DNA from: Thermoplasmataceae archaeon
Lineage (GTDB): Archaea; Thermoplasmatota; Thermoplasmata; Thermoplasmatales; Thermoplasmataceae
Assembly (NCBI GenBank): GCA_046704325.1
Contig: JBJKSG010000013.1
Span: 1-37,066, forward strand
Direction: 5' to 3'
DNA length: 37,066 nucleotides
A program made the position numbers and the translations under genes. The notes under the pieces were generated by a model that saw only the letters and a list, made by a program, of their open reading frames with translations, was not told the DNA's origin and did no database searches. Shown here piece by piece: positions 18,802 through 26,164 of the stretch; the first letter of the stretch is position 1; each line of letters opens with the position of its first letter.

Positions 18802-19452
18802 ATGGATTACCGCTCGGTTGTCAGGGAAGCTGTAAGGAATTCCGGTATAGAGGGTGTGATATCGATCGACATCGAGACCCTGATGCCCCCTGGTACTTTA
18901 TTTCTCTCCGGGGAGAGAATAATAGCTATATCGGTCAGCTGGGCCACCGGGCATGTCAACTCACAGGTGTATATGGCGGAGGATGATACCCCTGACTCGG
19001 AATACAATATTCTCGACCTACTGAACACAAAGCTGAGGGAAATGGATCCGCAGATTATCATTGGCTATAACCACACTGGTTATGACATACCTCTCATCCA
19101 GATGAAAGTCAAGCATCTCGAATATTCCAGAAGACTCAGGGATATAGAGAAGGCGTTTGGAACGGCTTATTGTCTCGACATGATGTACCCGATAGCAGAA
19201 GACCTGGGGAAATATGACGGAGATTTCTACATCAGGAAGCTCGAGGATGTCGTGTCGCATGAAGCATACAGCCACCTGAACCTATCAAGAAACAAAAGCC
19301 TGGTCAAGATACCGGATAAATCGAAGGGGGAAGCAATCATTCATCTCTGGAAAAATGACAGGGACAAATTCCTGAAATACTGTATCGGTGATACCAGGGA
19401 CCTGATGCTCATATTCATGGATATGTTTGGCCTAAACTCTTCCAAACTTTGA
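18802..19452 (+). CDS. stand-alone PolB-type DEDDy 3'-5' exonuclease (COG3298 / DNA_pol_B_exo2-like)
   Basis: 216 aa. Exo I SIDIET (D-x-E), Exo II YNHTGYDIPLI (Y/F-N-x3-F/Y-D) and Exo III KYCIGDTRDL (Y-x3-D) are arranged as in family B polymerase proofreading domains. Confidence 0.6.
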   Translation: MDYRSVVREAVRNSGIEGVISIDIETLMPPGTLFLSGERIIAISVSWATGHVNSQVYMAEDDTPDSEYNILDLLNTKLREMDPQIIIGYNHTGYDIPLIQMKVKHLEYSRRLRDIEKAFGTAYCLDMMYPIAEDLGKYDGDFYIRKLEDVVSHEAYSHLNLSRNKSLVKIPDKSKGEAIIHLWKNDRDKFLKYCIGDTRDLMLIFMDMFGLNSSKL

Positions 19453-19947
19453 CACAACTTCTGTGATATTATCCATGTAATCCTTGAAGATTCTCAGAAT
19501 ATCCTTAGAAGTTATCACACCCACGATTCGTCCATTGTCGACAACAGGCAGCCTTCTGATGTTCCTGCTGTTCATTATCTCTGCAACTTTTTCGGTTGGA
19601 GTCATCGGGTCGACATTTACCACGTTTACACTCATTATGCTTTCCAGTGTAACCTTGTCCGGGTCCCGGTTCTGGGCAACAACCTTGCTCATTATGTCCC
19701 ATTCAGTGATTATGCCCGTTTCTCCGCCATTGTAGCCGACGATAAGAAACCCCGTCTGGTCATTAGCCATCAGTTTCGCACCTTCCCGCGCGGTCAGGCT
19801 TCCCTGAACTGTGCTGTTGACCCTTCTCATAATGTCCTGGGCATAGATGACCATGCGACAACATTGCACATTTGTATATAAAATCGCATTCAGCAAAACT
19901 CCCGAAGCGTGTGAACCTGTCACCTGGATCAATGCAAATCCAAACAA
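19432..19947 (-). CDS. CBS-domain pair protein
   Basis: Two CBS motifs (IITEWDIMSKV..., GRIVGVITSKDILRIF). The true start is probably the internal ATG at 19854 (MVIYAQDIMRR, 141 aa), because a TATA-like ttttatatac (minus strand, 19874-19883) sits about 20 nt upstream of it, inside the longest-ORF prediction. Confidence 0.7.
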   Translation of the reverse strand: MFGFALIQVTGSHASGVLLNAILYTNVQCCRMVIYAQDIMRRVNSTVQGSLTAREGAKLMANDQTGFLIVGYNGGETGIITEWDIMSKVVAQNRDPDKVTLESIMSVNVVNVDPMTPTEKVAEIMNSRNIRRLPVVDNGRIVGVITSKDILRIFKDYMDNITEVVSKFGRV

Positions 19948-19968
19948 TGCAAATTGCTTCAGGTTGAT

Positions 19969-21645
19969 CTATGCGAAAGCATACAGCATTGTCACAGCGA
20001 AAACAAGAATAGTCATTATGGCCCCGTATACTGCGAAGTCCCTGGATGTGTATCCGCCAGGTGTCTGAACAAGGAGATTCGACTGATTTCCCCATGGCGT
20101 TACAAAAGTGCAGGTCGAGGCCATCGCGACAACAGTGAGTGCCTTGAGTGGATCTGGAAAGAGGAAGGCGATAGGCCCCATCACCACGGCAGCTCCGATG
20201 TTTCCCACCGAAGTTGCAAACAGGAGTGTCACTGCAAATAGAAGGACAATCGACCCAGCGGTCAGGTAGGCAATATCAGCTGAGAGGCCGGAGGAAACTA
20301 TGGCATTCCCTATGACAAGGAAAGTCCCGACAAATATCAGGATAGGCCACTCAACGCTCTTGTATATCTCCTTAAGACTCAGAGCCCTGGCCGCTATAAT
20401 AATGATTATTGCTACCAGATACGCATATGCGATGTTTACACCCGCAGTCGAGATGGCGACTGCAACACCCAGGGCCCCTACAGCGACCATGCCCCGTCGG
20501 ACGTTGTATATCTTGATCTCTCGCTGGTGCAGCGGAGCAAGCGCCTCCTGTGTCATGAATTCGACAATATCGTCTTCCCGGCCGGATATAAGGAGAACAT
20601 CACCTGCCTCAACTTTTATTGACCTGAGCCGACCAAGAATTTTCTTTGCATAAGCAGAAATGCCAAGGATCGCAACATTGTACCTGGCAGCAGACCTGAT
20701 ATCGTTGAGGGAAACTCCAATCATCCGGGAGTCGGGCATTATAAAGACTTCAGAGACAATAGACTCTTCATCCTGCATCTCGGAAGGTGCAATTTTCAGC
20801 CCCCTTATACCAGAGAGTATGGTGAAGATTTCAGGCTTGAGTCTTACGAGGATAACATCCCCTTTCCTCAGAACACGGTTCTGCTTACTGATCCTTCCCG
20901 GATAAATACCGACGACCCTGACATTATACGTATCCTCGAATTCCCCCACGGTCTTACCAAGAACTTCACTCCCTTCTTCGACACTTGCTTCCGTGAGGTA
21001 TTCTCCTGTCTTGAACTCATCTACCGATGTTACCGGCTTGACTCTTGCAGGCAAGACCAGATAAATTGCGATCAGCACAGGAACTGCCACGAGAACGATG
21101 ATCAGGCCCGGGATAGAGAAAGTGAAAAACGGCAGGTATGTTCCCTTGTTCTGGAGCCAGAGTCCGTACAAGACGAGATTTGAGGAATTGCTCGCAACTG
21201 TGTATCTTCCTCCTATGACTGCCATAAAGGAGAAGGGCATGAGAAACTTTGCAGGTGACTGCTTCAACTTCTCCTGCAGTATGTAGGCTACAGGTATCAT
21301 CATAAGCGTCAGAGCAACATCGCTCATGAAGCCGGAGAGAACACCAATCATCAGGAAAAGCCCTCCAAGGACCATGAACTGGTTCTTGAAGCTCCTGGTC
21401 AGGATGTCCCCGAATTTCTCCATGATACCTGAATTGGAGATTGTCTTGCTGATAATCATGACCATTCCCAATACAAAGACAGGCAGCGCTGCAAAATCAG
21501 TCATTGCCGCAGTTGGAGTCACGATACCCATCGCAACAAGAACCGCAACCGATCCTATTCCTATGATATCGTATCTTATCCTGTTGGTAGCGAGCAGAAC
21601 AGTCGAGACCAGGAAAACCGCAAGAACTTCGATCGTAGCCAGCAT
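19969..21645 (-). CDS. SLC13/DASS-type ion transporter-family permease with two central TrkA-C (RCK_C) domains
   Basis: 558 aa. N- and C-terminal hydrophobic permease halves flank a soluble region of about 170 aa with two TrkA-C-like repeats (EASVEEGSEVLGKTVGEF...VRVVGIY; VSEVFIMPDSRMIGVSLNDIR...NVAILGI). Confidence 0.7.
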   Translation of the reverse strand: MLATIEVLAVFLVSTVLLATNRIRYDIIGIGSVAVLVAMGIVTPTAAMTDFAALPVFVLGMVMIISKTISNSGIMEKFGDILTRSFKNQFMVLGGLFLMIGVLSGFMSDVALTLMMIPVAYILQEKLKQSPAKFLMPFSFMAVIGGRYTVASNSSNLVLYGLWLQNKGTYLPFFTFSIPGLIIVLVAVPVLIAIYLVLPARVKPVTSVDEFKTGEYLTEASVEEGSEVLGKTVGEFEDTYNVRVVGIYPGRISKQNRVLRKGDVILVRLKPEIFTILSGIRGLKIAPSEMQDEESIVSEVFIMPDSRMIGVSLNDIRSAARYNVAILGISAYAKKILGRLRSIKVEAGDVLLISGREDDIVEFMTQEALAPLHQREIKIYNVRRGMVAVGALGVAVAISTAGVNIAYAYLVAIIIIIAARALSLKEIYKSVEWPILIFVGTFLVIGNAIVSSGLSADIAYLTAGSIVLLFAVTLLFATSVGNIGAAVVMGPIAFLFPDPLKALTVVAMASTCTFVTPWGNQSNLLVQTPGGYTSRDFAVYGAIMTILVFAVTMLYAFA

Positions 21646-21763
21646 CTATTGCCCTCAGTCGGGGTTGTCTCTCGTTATAATACAGGTAGTAGATAAACTT
21701 GGCCCTCTCCCCGCTGTTGAGAATGGACGTCAGGGTCATTTAGCCAACATCTAAATATACAGT

Positions 21764-21772
21764 ATTTATAGC
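21764..21772 (+). promoter_or_regulatory. TATA-like box for the 21794-24515 operon
   Basis: tatttatag is centred about 26 nt upstream of the ATG at 21794, consistent with a leaderless transcript. Confidence 0.4.
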
Positions 21773-21793
21773 TACGCGGTTGGTGTCATTTCA

Positions 21794-22351
21794 ATGAGCG
21801 CATCGAATCCGGACATTAGGAATGAGGTAGATAACAGCAGAGGTCTCATCAAGAAGATACAGCTTGTTGTCCCGGGATTCAGGGGTTACAGGCAGCTCGA
21901 GGATCTGAGAGCGGCAGACGAGCTCCTGAGAAAGCAGGTTGCATCTTACCTGCAGATTGCTGAGTCAAAACTGCAGGATTTCAGGACTTCACTCTCCACT
22001 TCGGGAAACTTCCAGTATCTGACGCAGGTTGCATCTGCGCTTTCGAGGTTACAGCAGTTTGAAGGCGAACTCCTGCACTCGGAGCAGGGTTACACTGGAT
22101 TTTCTCCGATGATCAGGATCGACGCCCAGAAACTCAACGCCCTCTACGAATACGATTATACTTTCCTGCAATCTGCATCTGAAATGGTGAACCTATCTGA
22201 CTGGTCTGCTCTGTCCGGAGATTTCTCGGCCCAGGATCTGCAGCAGAAACTAACATCTCTTGTTTCAGCTATACAGAAGATGAAGAATTCCTGGGAACAG
22301 AGGATTATCACTGTTGAAGAAATAAAGCAGAACCCAGGGGGTCAGAGCTGA
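21794..22351 (+). CDS. hypothetical, predicted largely alpha-helical/coiled-coil protein, first gene of a three-gene operon
   Basis: 185 aa rich in heptad-like Leu/Gln/Glu segments. No recognisable catalytic motif. Its stop overlaps the next gene's ATG by 1 nt. Confidence 0.45.
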   Translation: MSASNPDIRNEVDNSRGLIKKIQLVVPGFRGYRQLEDLRAADELLRKQVASYLQIAESKLQDFRTSLSTSGNFQYLTQVASALSRLQQFEGELLHSEQGYTGFSPMIRIDAQKLNALYEYDYTFLQSASEMVNLSDWSALSGDFSAQDLQQKLTSLVSAIQKMKNSWEQRIITVEEIKQNPGGQS

Positions 22352-23496
22352 TGTTCGGGCGCAAGGGAGGACAGATACCCCCGAAAGGTGGCAGCGTCTT
22401 AGGTTCGATCACAATCGAATGGGATACCCAGTATAAGCAGGGAAACGTTATGTGGAAGGTTCCAAGACTTATACGCCTGAATGACAATATAGTCGTAAGG
22501 GAGGACGAAACTGCGGTATTCTTCAGGGATGGGAAAGTTCTCACTTATTTTGATCAGCCGAACAGGTACGCCCTCACAGACTTCAATGCCCCAATCGTCG
22601 GTACTCTGCTGAAGGACTTCGTCGGGGTACAGCAGTCAGCCGAGGTATACTACATCCAGCGCAGGTTCATCGACGGAAAGTTCGGTAGCCCTGAGCCATA
22701 CCAGTTCACGGATCCGACATTCGGCGTGGTTAACCTGAAAGTATTTGGCGAGTACAGATGGAAGATCTCTGATCCTTCAAACTTTATCACCCAGTTTGTG
22801 GGAACCTTCAACGTCGAAACCTCAGACGAGGTTGAGGACAGGTTGCGAGAACAGATAGTGATCCTTGTCTATAATGCGCTTGGACAACTTAAGGAGAAAG
22901 GTCTCAAGATTACAGACATACCCGCAAGCCTGACTACCATTGAGCAGGTCATCCTGTCGATGGCCCCAGATCATTTCCGCCAGTACGGCGTTGAATTGAA
23001 CAAGATCCAGGGGCTCAACATTTCTCTTCCTGACGAGGTGCAGAAGGCCATAGATACCAGATCTGATATGTCCGTCCTTGGAGTGAATTACCTTCAATAC
23101 CAGGCAGGACAGGCGATGGTTGATGCTGCAAAGAATCCAACCGGAGTGGCTGGAGCGGGCGCCGGCCTCGGAGTCGGACTCGGAGCCGGAATGGGTATGG
23201 GTTATGGCATGACCGGGCAGATGGCTGCAGGTATGCAGCAGCAGAACACCAGAACATGTGCAAAATGCGGGTCTCTGATTCCTGCAAATACGAATTTCTG
23301 CCCTAACTGCGGCGCTCCTGCTGGCAGTCAGACGGTTCCATGTCCAAAATGCGGCACTCAGGTCCCGTCTGGTTCGAAGTTCTGCCCCAACTGCGGGTTC
23401 AACATGACGCAGCAGACAATGAAGAAGTGCCCCAGCTGTGGAGCGGAAGTATCATCTTCAATGAAATTCTGCCCTAACTGCGGAAAGCAAATGTGA
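22351..23496 (+). CDS. SPFH/Band-7 (Band_7_1-like) domain protein with Gly/Met-rich linker and three C-terminal tandem zinc ribbons
   Basis: 381 aa. The region of about 290 aa resembles the bacterial YdjI / virion-core-like SPFH family (Band_7_1). Then a G/M-rich low-complexity stretch GVAGAGAGLGVGLGAGMGMGYGMTGQMAAGM. Then three repeats of C-x-K/S-CG-x9-10-FCPNCG. Confidence 0.7.
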   Translation: MFGRKGGQIPPKGGSVLGSITIEWDTQYKQGNVMWKVPRLIRLNDNIVVREDETAVFFRDGKVLTYFDQPNRYALTDFNAPIVGTLLKDFVGVQQSAEVYYIQRRFIDGKFGSPEPYQFTDPTFGVVNLKVFGEYRWKISDPSNFITQFVGTFNVETSDEVEDRLREQIVILVYNALGQLKEKGLKITDIPASLTTIEQVILSMAPDHFRQYGVELNKIQGLNISLPDEVQKAIDTRSDMSVLGVNYLQYQAGQAMVDAAKNPTGVAGAGAGLGVGLGAGMGMGYGMTGQMAAGMQQQNTRTCAKCGSLIPANTNFCPNCGAPAGSQTVPCPKCGTQVPSGSKFCPNCGFNMTQQTMKKCPSCGAEVSSSMKFCPNCGKQM

Positions 23497-23564
23497 TTTA
23501 CATGTATTGCATAAAATGCGGAGCACAGATACCTGATGATTCCATGTACTGCCAGAAATGCGGG
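23257..23564 (+). repeat. tandem in-frame zinc-ribbon coding repeats (period about 84-87 nt) spanning the boundary between genes 22351..23496 and 23493..24515
   Basis: The nucleotide motif ttctgccc(t/c)aactgcgg recurs at 23296, 23383 and 23467. At the protein level there are three C-x2-C...FCPNCG units in gene 2, plus CIKCG-x10-YCQKCG at the start of gene 3. Confidence 0.6.
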
Positions 23565-24515
23565 GCAAAGCAGGAGCAGCCACAGTCCACACCCTCTCAA
23601 CAGGCGAGTAAGCCGGCCGACTCAAAGATACTGGCTGCACCGACGGTCCAGGAGCTGAAATGTCCTGGCTGTGGTGCACCAATAAAACCGCAGCTTGGTG
23701 AAATGATCATAACCTGCGAGTATTGCGGTACAAGCATATCGCTCGCCAACGAGGGCTGGAAGAGCATCCAGTCGAATACCATGCTCCCGCTGAAGCTGCA
23801 GACCGAAGATTCTGTCGACAAGATAATCAAGGAACACATGGACCACGGGCTGCTCCACAGGCACCTGGAGGAGAAATCAAAGAGTGAGGGCGTAGTCCTC
23901 AGTTTCGTTCCTTACTGGATAGTGCCGGTATCCGCCCGATCTAGGTACACTGCAGTCGATGCCGGTGCAGAGGTGGGAAGAGTTGCAGGAACCGCTATTC
24001 TCGCCGGTTTGCTAGGCGGTGCCATGGGTGGCGGCCGAGGTGGCTTTGGAGGCGGCATGATGGATGGTGTACTTATGGGTGGAGTGATGATGGGCGGATT
24101 TGGTGGCGGAGGAGGTAGCCTGAGATCCTATACGTTGGATCAGAACTACAACTATCCGGTGGTCGCTGTGAAGGGATTGATGGAATACCAGCCCAGAAAC
24201 TATAATTTCAATCTGCCTGACAGGGTGATCTTTGACTCAGCCAAGGTACCGAAAGGGGTAAAACTGCTCAACGGTGATGTTGGAGAGGATTCTGCCAGAT
24301 ATGAGGCCAAAACGAATGTAGACCAGCTCCAGTCTGCCCGGGTACATCAACAGCACCACAGCGTGAGGAGCCTTTCCACGGATTCAGATGTTGCAGAACC
24401 TGAACTGCTGCACGTGCCGATATGGTTTGCAAAATTCGACAACTCAGGTAACAAGATTGCCCTGGTAATTGATGGTCATTCCGGCGGATTGATCAACAGC
24501 ATCGGTCTAGAGTGA
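23493..24515 (+). CDS. double zinc-ribbon protein with Gly/Met-rich low-complexity segment and beta-rich C-terminal domain
   Basis: 340 aa from the GTG at 23493, which overlaps the previous stop; the ATG at 23502 gives MYCIKCG.... Two N-terminal zinc ribbons, a GGAMGGGRGGFGGGMMDGVLMGGVMMGGFGGGGG tract, and a C-terminal region of about 120 aa. Reading frame differs from gene 2. Confidence 0.55.
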   Translation: MIYMYCIKCGAQIPDDSMYCQKCGAKQEQPQSTPSQQASKPADSKILAAPTVQELKCPGCGAPIKPQLGEMIITCEYCGTSISLANEGWKSIQSNTMLPLKLQTEDSVDKIIKEHMDHGLLHRHLEEKSKSEGVVLSFVPYWIVPVSARSRYTAVDAGAEVGRVAGTAILAGLLGGAMGGGRGGFGGGMMDGVLMGGVMMGGFGGGGGSLRSYTLDQNYNYPVVAVKGLMEYQPRNYNFNLPDRVIFDSAKVPKGVKLLNGDVGEDSARYEAKTNVDQLQSARVHQQHHSVRSLSTDSDVAEPELLHVPIWFAKFDNSGNKIALVIDGHSGGLINSIGLE

Positions 24516-24541
24516 AAAATCTATGCATACTGCACAATGAG

Positions 24542-24793
24542 TTAGGATTGTTCACTCCTTATGTCGGATATTATCAGGATCAATACTAGCCGTATGGCGA
24601 CATACAGGAAGAAGATGCCCACTATGAAATAGATGGCGCCAATCATCTCGAGAGTACTTCCGCCTGGAGAGAATGCAATCGCCTGTTCGAACGCATCATA
24701 CGAATACTTCCAGAGGGTGAGACCGCCTATCAGGGTAACAACAAGCACAGCGATCTTCACGATATCTCTGTAAAGATCCTTTGGTATCTGCAT
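24542..24793 (-). CDS. small hypothetical membrane protein (2 TM)
   Basis: 83 aa with two hydrophobic helices. Convergent with the zinc-ribbon operon. Confidence 0.35.
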   Translation of the reverse strand: MQIPKDLYRDIVKIAVLVVTLIGGLTLWKYSYDAFEQAIAFSPGGSTLEMIGAIYFIVGIFFLYVAIRLVLILIISDIRSEQS

Positions 24794-24851
24794 GCTAACC
24801 GATCTATGATTTCTATAAGTATTTTCGTTTATGATCTAAATGGTGGACAAT

Positions 24852-25178
24852 CTATAGGGATATGAAGAACCTTCCAACAGCTCGCGCGGCGTGGAATAAC
24901 TTGACCGAAGAGAAACTCATGGCACCCCAGATGTATACTCCGATAAGTAAAAAGAGGAACTTGAGCCTCGTCTGCGGCAACAGGAGCAATCCTATGGCGA
25001 GTGATGCCATGATCCCGATCAACATTAAGGAACCAGGCCGGGCGGTATTAATCCGGATCTTTCCCGAGACGCGCCCTTTTCCGAGGCAAGAAACGCATAA
25101 GAGATGCTCGGAATCATTGGAGTAACCTGTCCCTTCACAGCTCTTGCACAGACGTTTCAATTCAGGTCTTAAACGCAA
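24852..25178 (-). CDS. small membrane-anchored protein with DnaJ-type CxxCxGxG zinc-finger
   Basis: 108 aa. CKSCEGTG ... CVSCLGKG (two CxxCxGxG units), followed by two hydrophobic helices. Confidence 0.45.
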   Translation of the reverse strand: MRLRPELKRLCKSCEGTGYSNDSEHLLCVSCLGKGRVSGKIRINTARPGSLMLIGIMASLAIGLLLLPQTRLKFLFLLIGVYIWGAMSFSSVKLFHAARAVGRFFISL

Positions 25179-25208
25179 AGCTTTCTTAAAATGTTTCCCA
25201 TCATTTGA

Positions 25209-26159
25209 TTATAATTTTCGTTCCCGATATGTGAGGGTGAACTTTTCAAGCCAGTTTTTAGCAATTTTTCTGTTTTTCTCCTCGTATTCAGACGATATAT
25301 TCTTTATAGCAGCGAGATCGTATTTCTCTTTAATAAAGAACTTTCCATCCCTCTCCTCGGAAAAGCCTGCACTCAAAAGAGCATCTATCTTCCTCTCGTC
25401 AAATAACGGTCTTTTTAATTCTCTGGTCCCTCTTGTAAGAAGGTGCATCATTGCTCGGAACGATCTTCCCAGCAGGAATGAGGAATAAGCCTCATCTCTG
25501 GTAAATGACGCGAATTCTGCCTTTATTATTTGGATAAGTTCCTTGGTTTCGTAATGCTCAACGTTTTTGTAAGCTGTAACAAGGGGAATTAGCCTGCCAA
25601 CGGATAATATCTCATCACCCGATATTTTAACGAGTGGAAATATTGATCCTCCAGAAAAGCTGGGTTGCATTTCCATCGCGAAGCCATCGAAATCCACAAT
25701 CGGTCTCCCTTCAACCATCTCCATAAAAGCAGGAGGCATAAAATCATCAGGGATACCCGCTTCATTCTTTACATTGAATACGCACTCTTCTGGAGTCGGT
25801 ATACGTTCCTCTTCCAGATAGATTCGCCTAGCTTCCACGTAGCAACAAAGCTTGATCAGATCAGAGTTTGTCATTTTTTCAGGTATTGTATCCTCACCTA
25901 CCGACCCAGGAAAATCTTCACTCAAGGATAGAAATTTTACACCATCACGAATTTCGAAACTGCCAATGCCGGATAGTTGAGCATGCAAATCATTTTGCGT
26001 GGACATAAGAGATATCTGCTTCTGCGAGAATGGTGCGATGATATACTGCCGCTTCTGCCCATCCGTTAAGGAGAACGCCTCTCCTTTCTCTATGATTCCA
26101 CTGTGCTTTCTTACAGCGTTTAGGTAGCGCAACAGCAGCTGATTTTCATCAATAAGCAT
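25209..26159 (-). CDS. hypothetical protein, probably co-transcribed with ilvE
   Basis: 316 aa. Starts 5 nt after the ilvE stop. No recognisable motifs. Confidence 0.4.
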   Translation of the reverse strand: MLIDENQLLLRYLNAVRKHSGIIEKGEAFSLTDGQKRQYIIAPFSQKQISLMSTQNDLHAQLSGIGSFEIRDGVKFLSLSEDFPGSVGEDTIPEKMTNSDLIKLCCYVEARRIYLEEERIPTPEECVFNVKNEAGIPDDFMPPAFMEMVEGRPIVDFDGFAMEMQPSFSGGSIFPLVKISGDEILSVGRLIPLVTAYKNVEHYETKELIQIIKAEFASFTRDEAYSSFLLGRSFRAMMHLLTRGTRELKRPLFDERKIDALLSAGFSEERDGKFFIKEKYDLAAIKNISSEYEEKNRKIAKNWLEKFTLTYRERKL

Positions 26160-26164
26160 TGTGA

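Noticed and set aside
19505-20241. Cys- and His-rich ORFs (19505..19702 -, 19763..20095 -, 19954..20241 +) that could be mistaken for metal-binding proteins.
   Set aside because: They overlap the well-supported CBS-domain and permease genes in other frames. The Cys/His richness is a by-product of the GC-rich complementary codons. No spacing resembles known metal sites.
21803-21813. 11-nt match (tcgaatccgga) to the tRNA-Tyr T-arm, considered as a possible att-site direct repeat.
   Set aside because: It lies inside a coding region 15 kb away. It is too short to be significant and does not include the tRNA 3' acceptor end.
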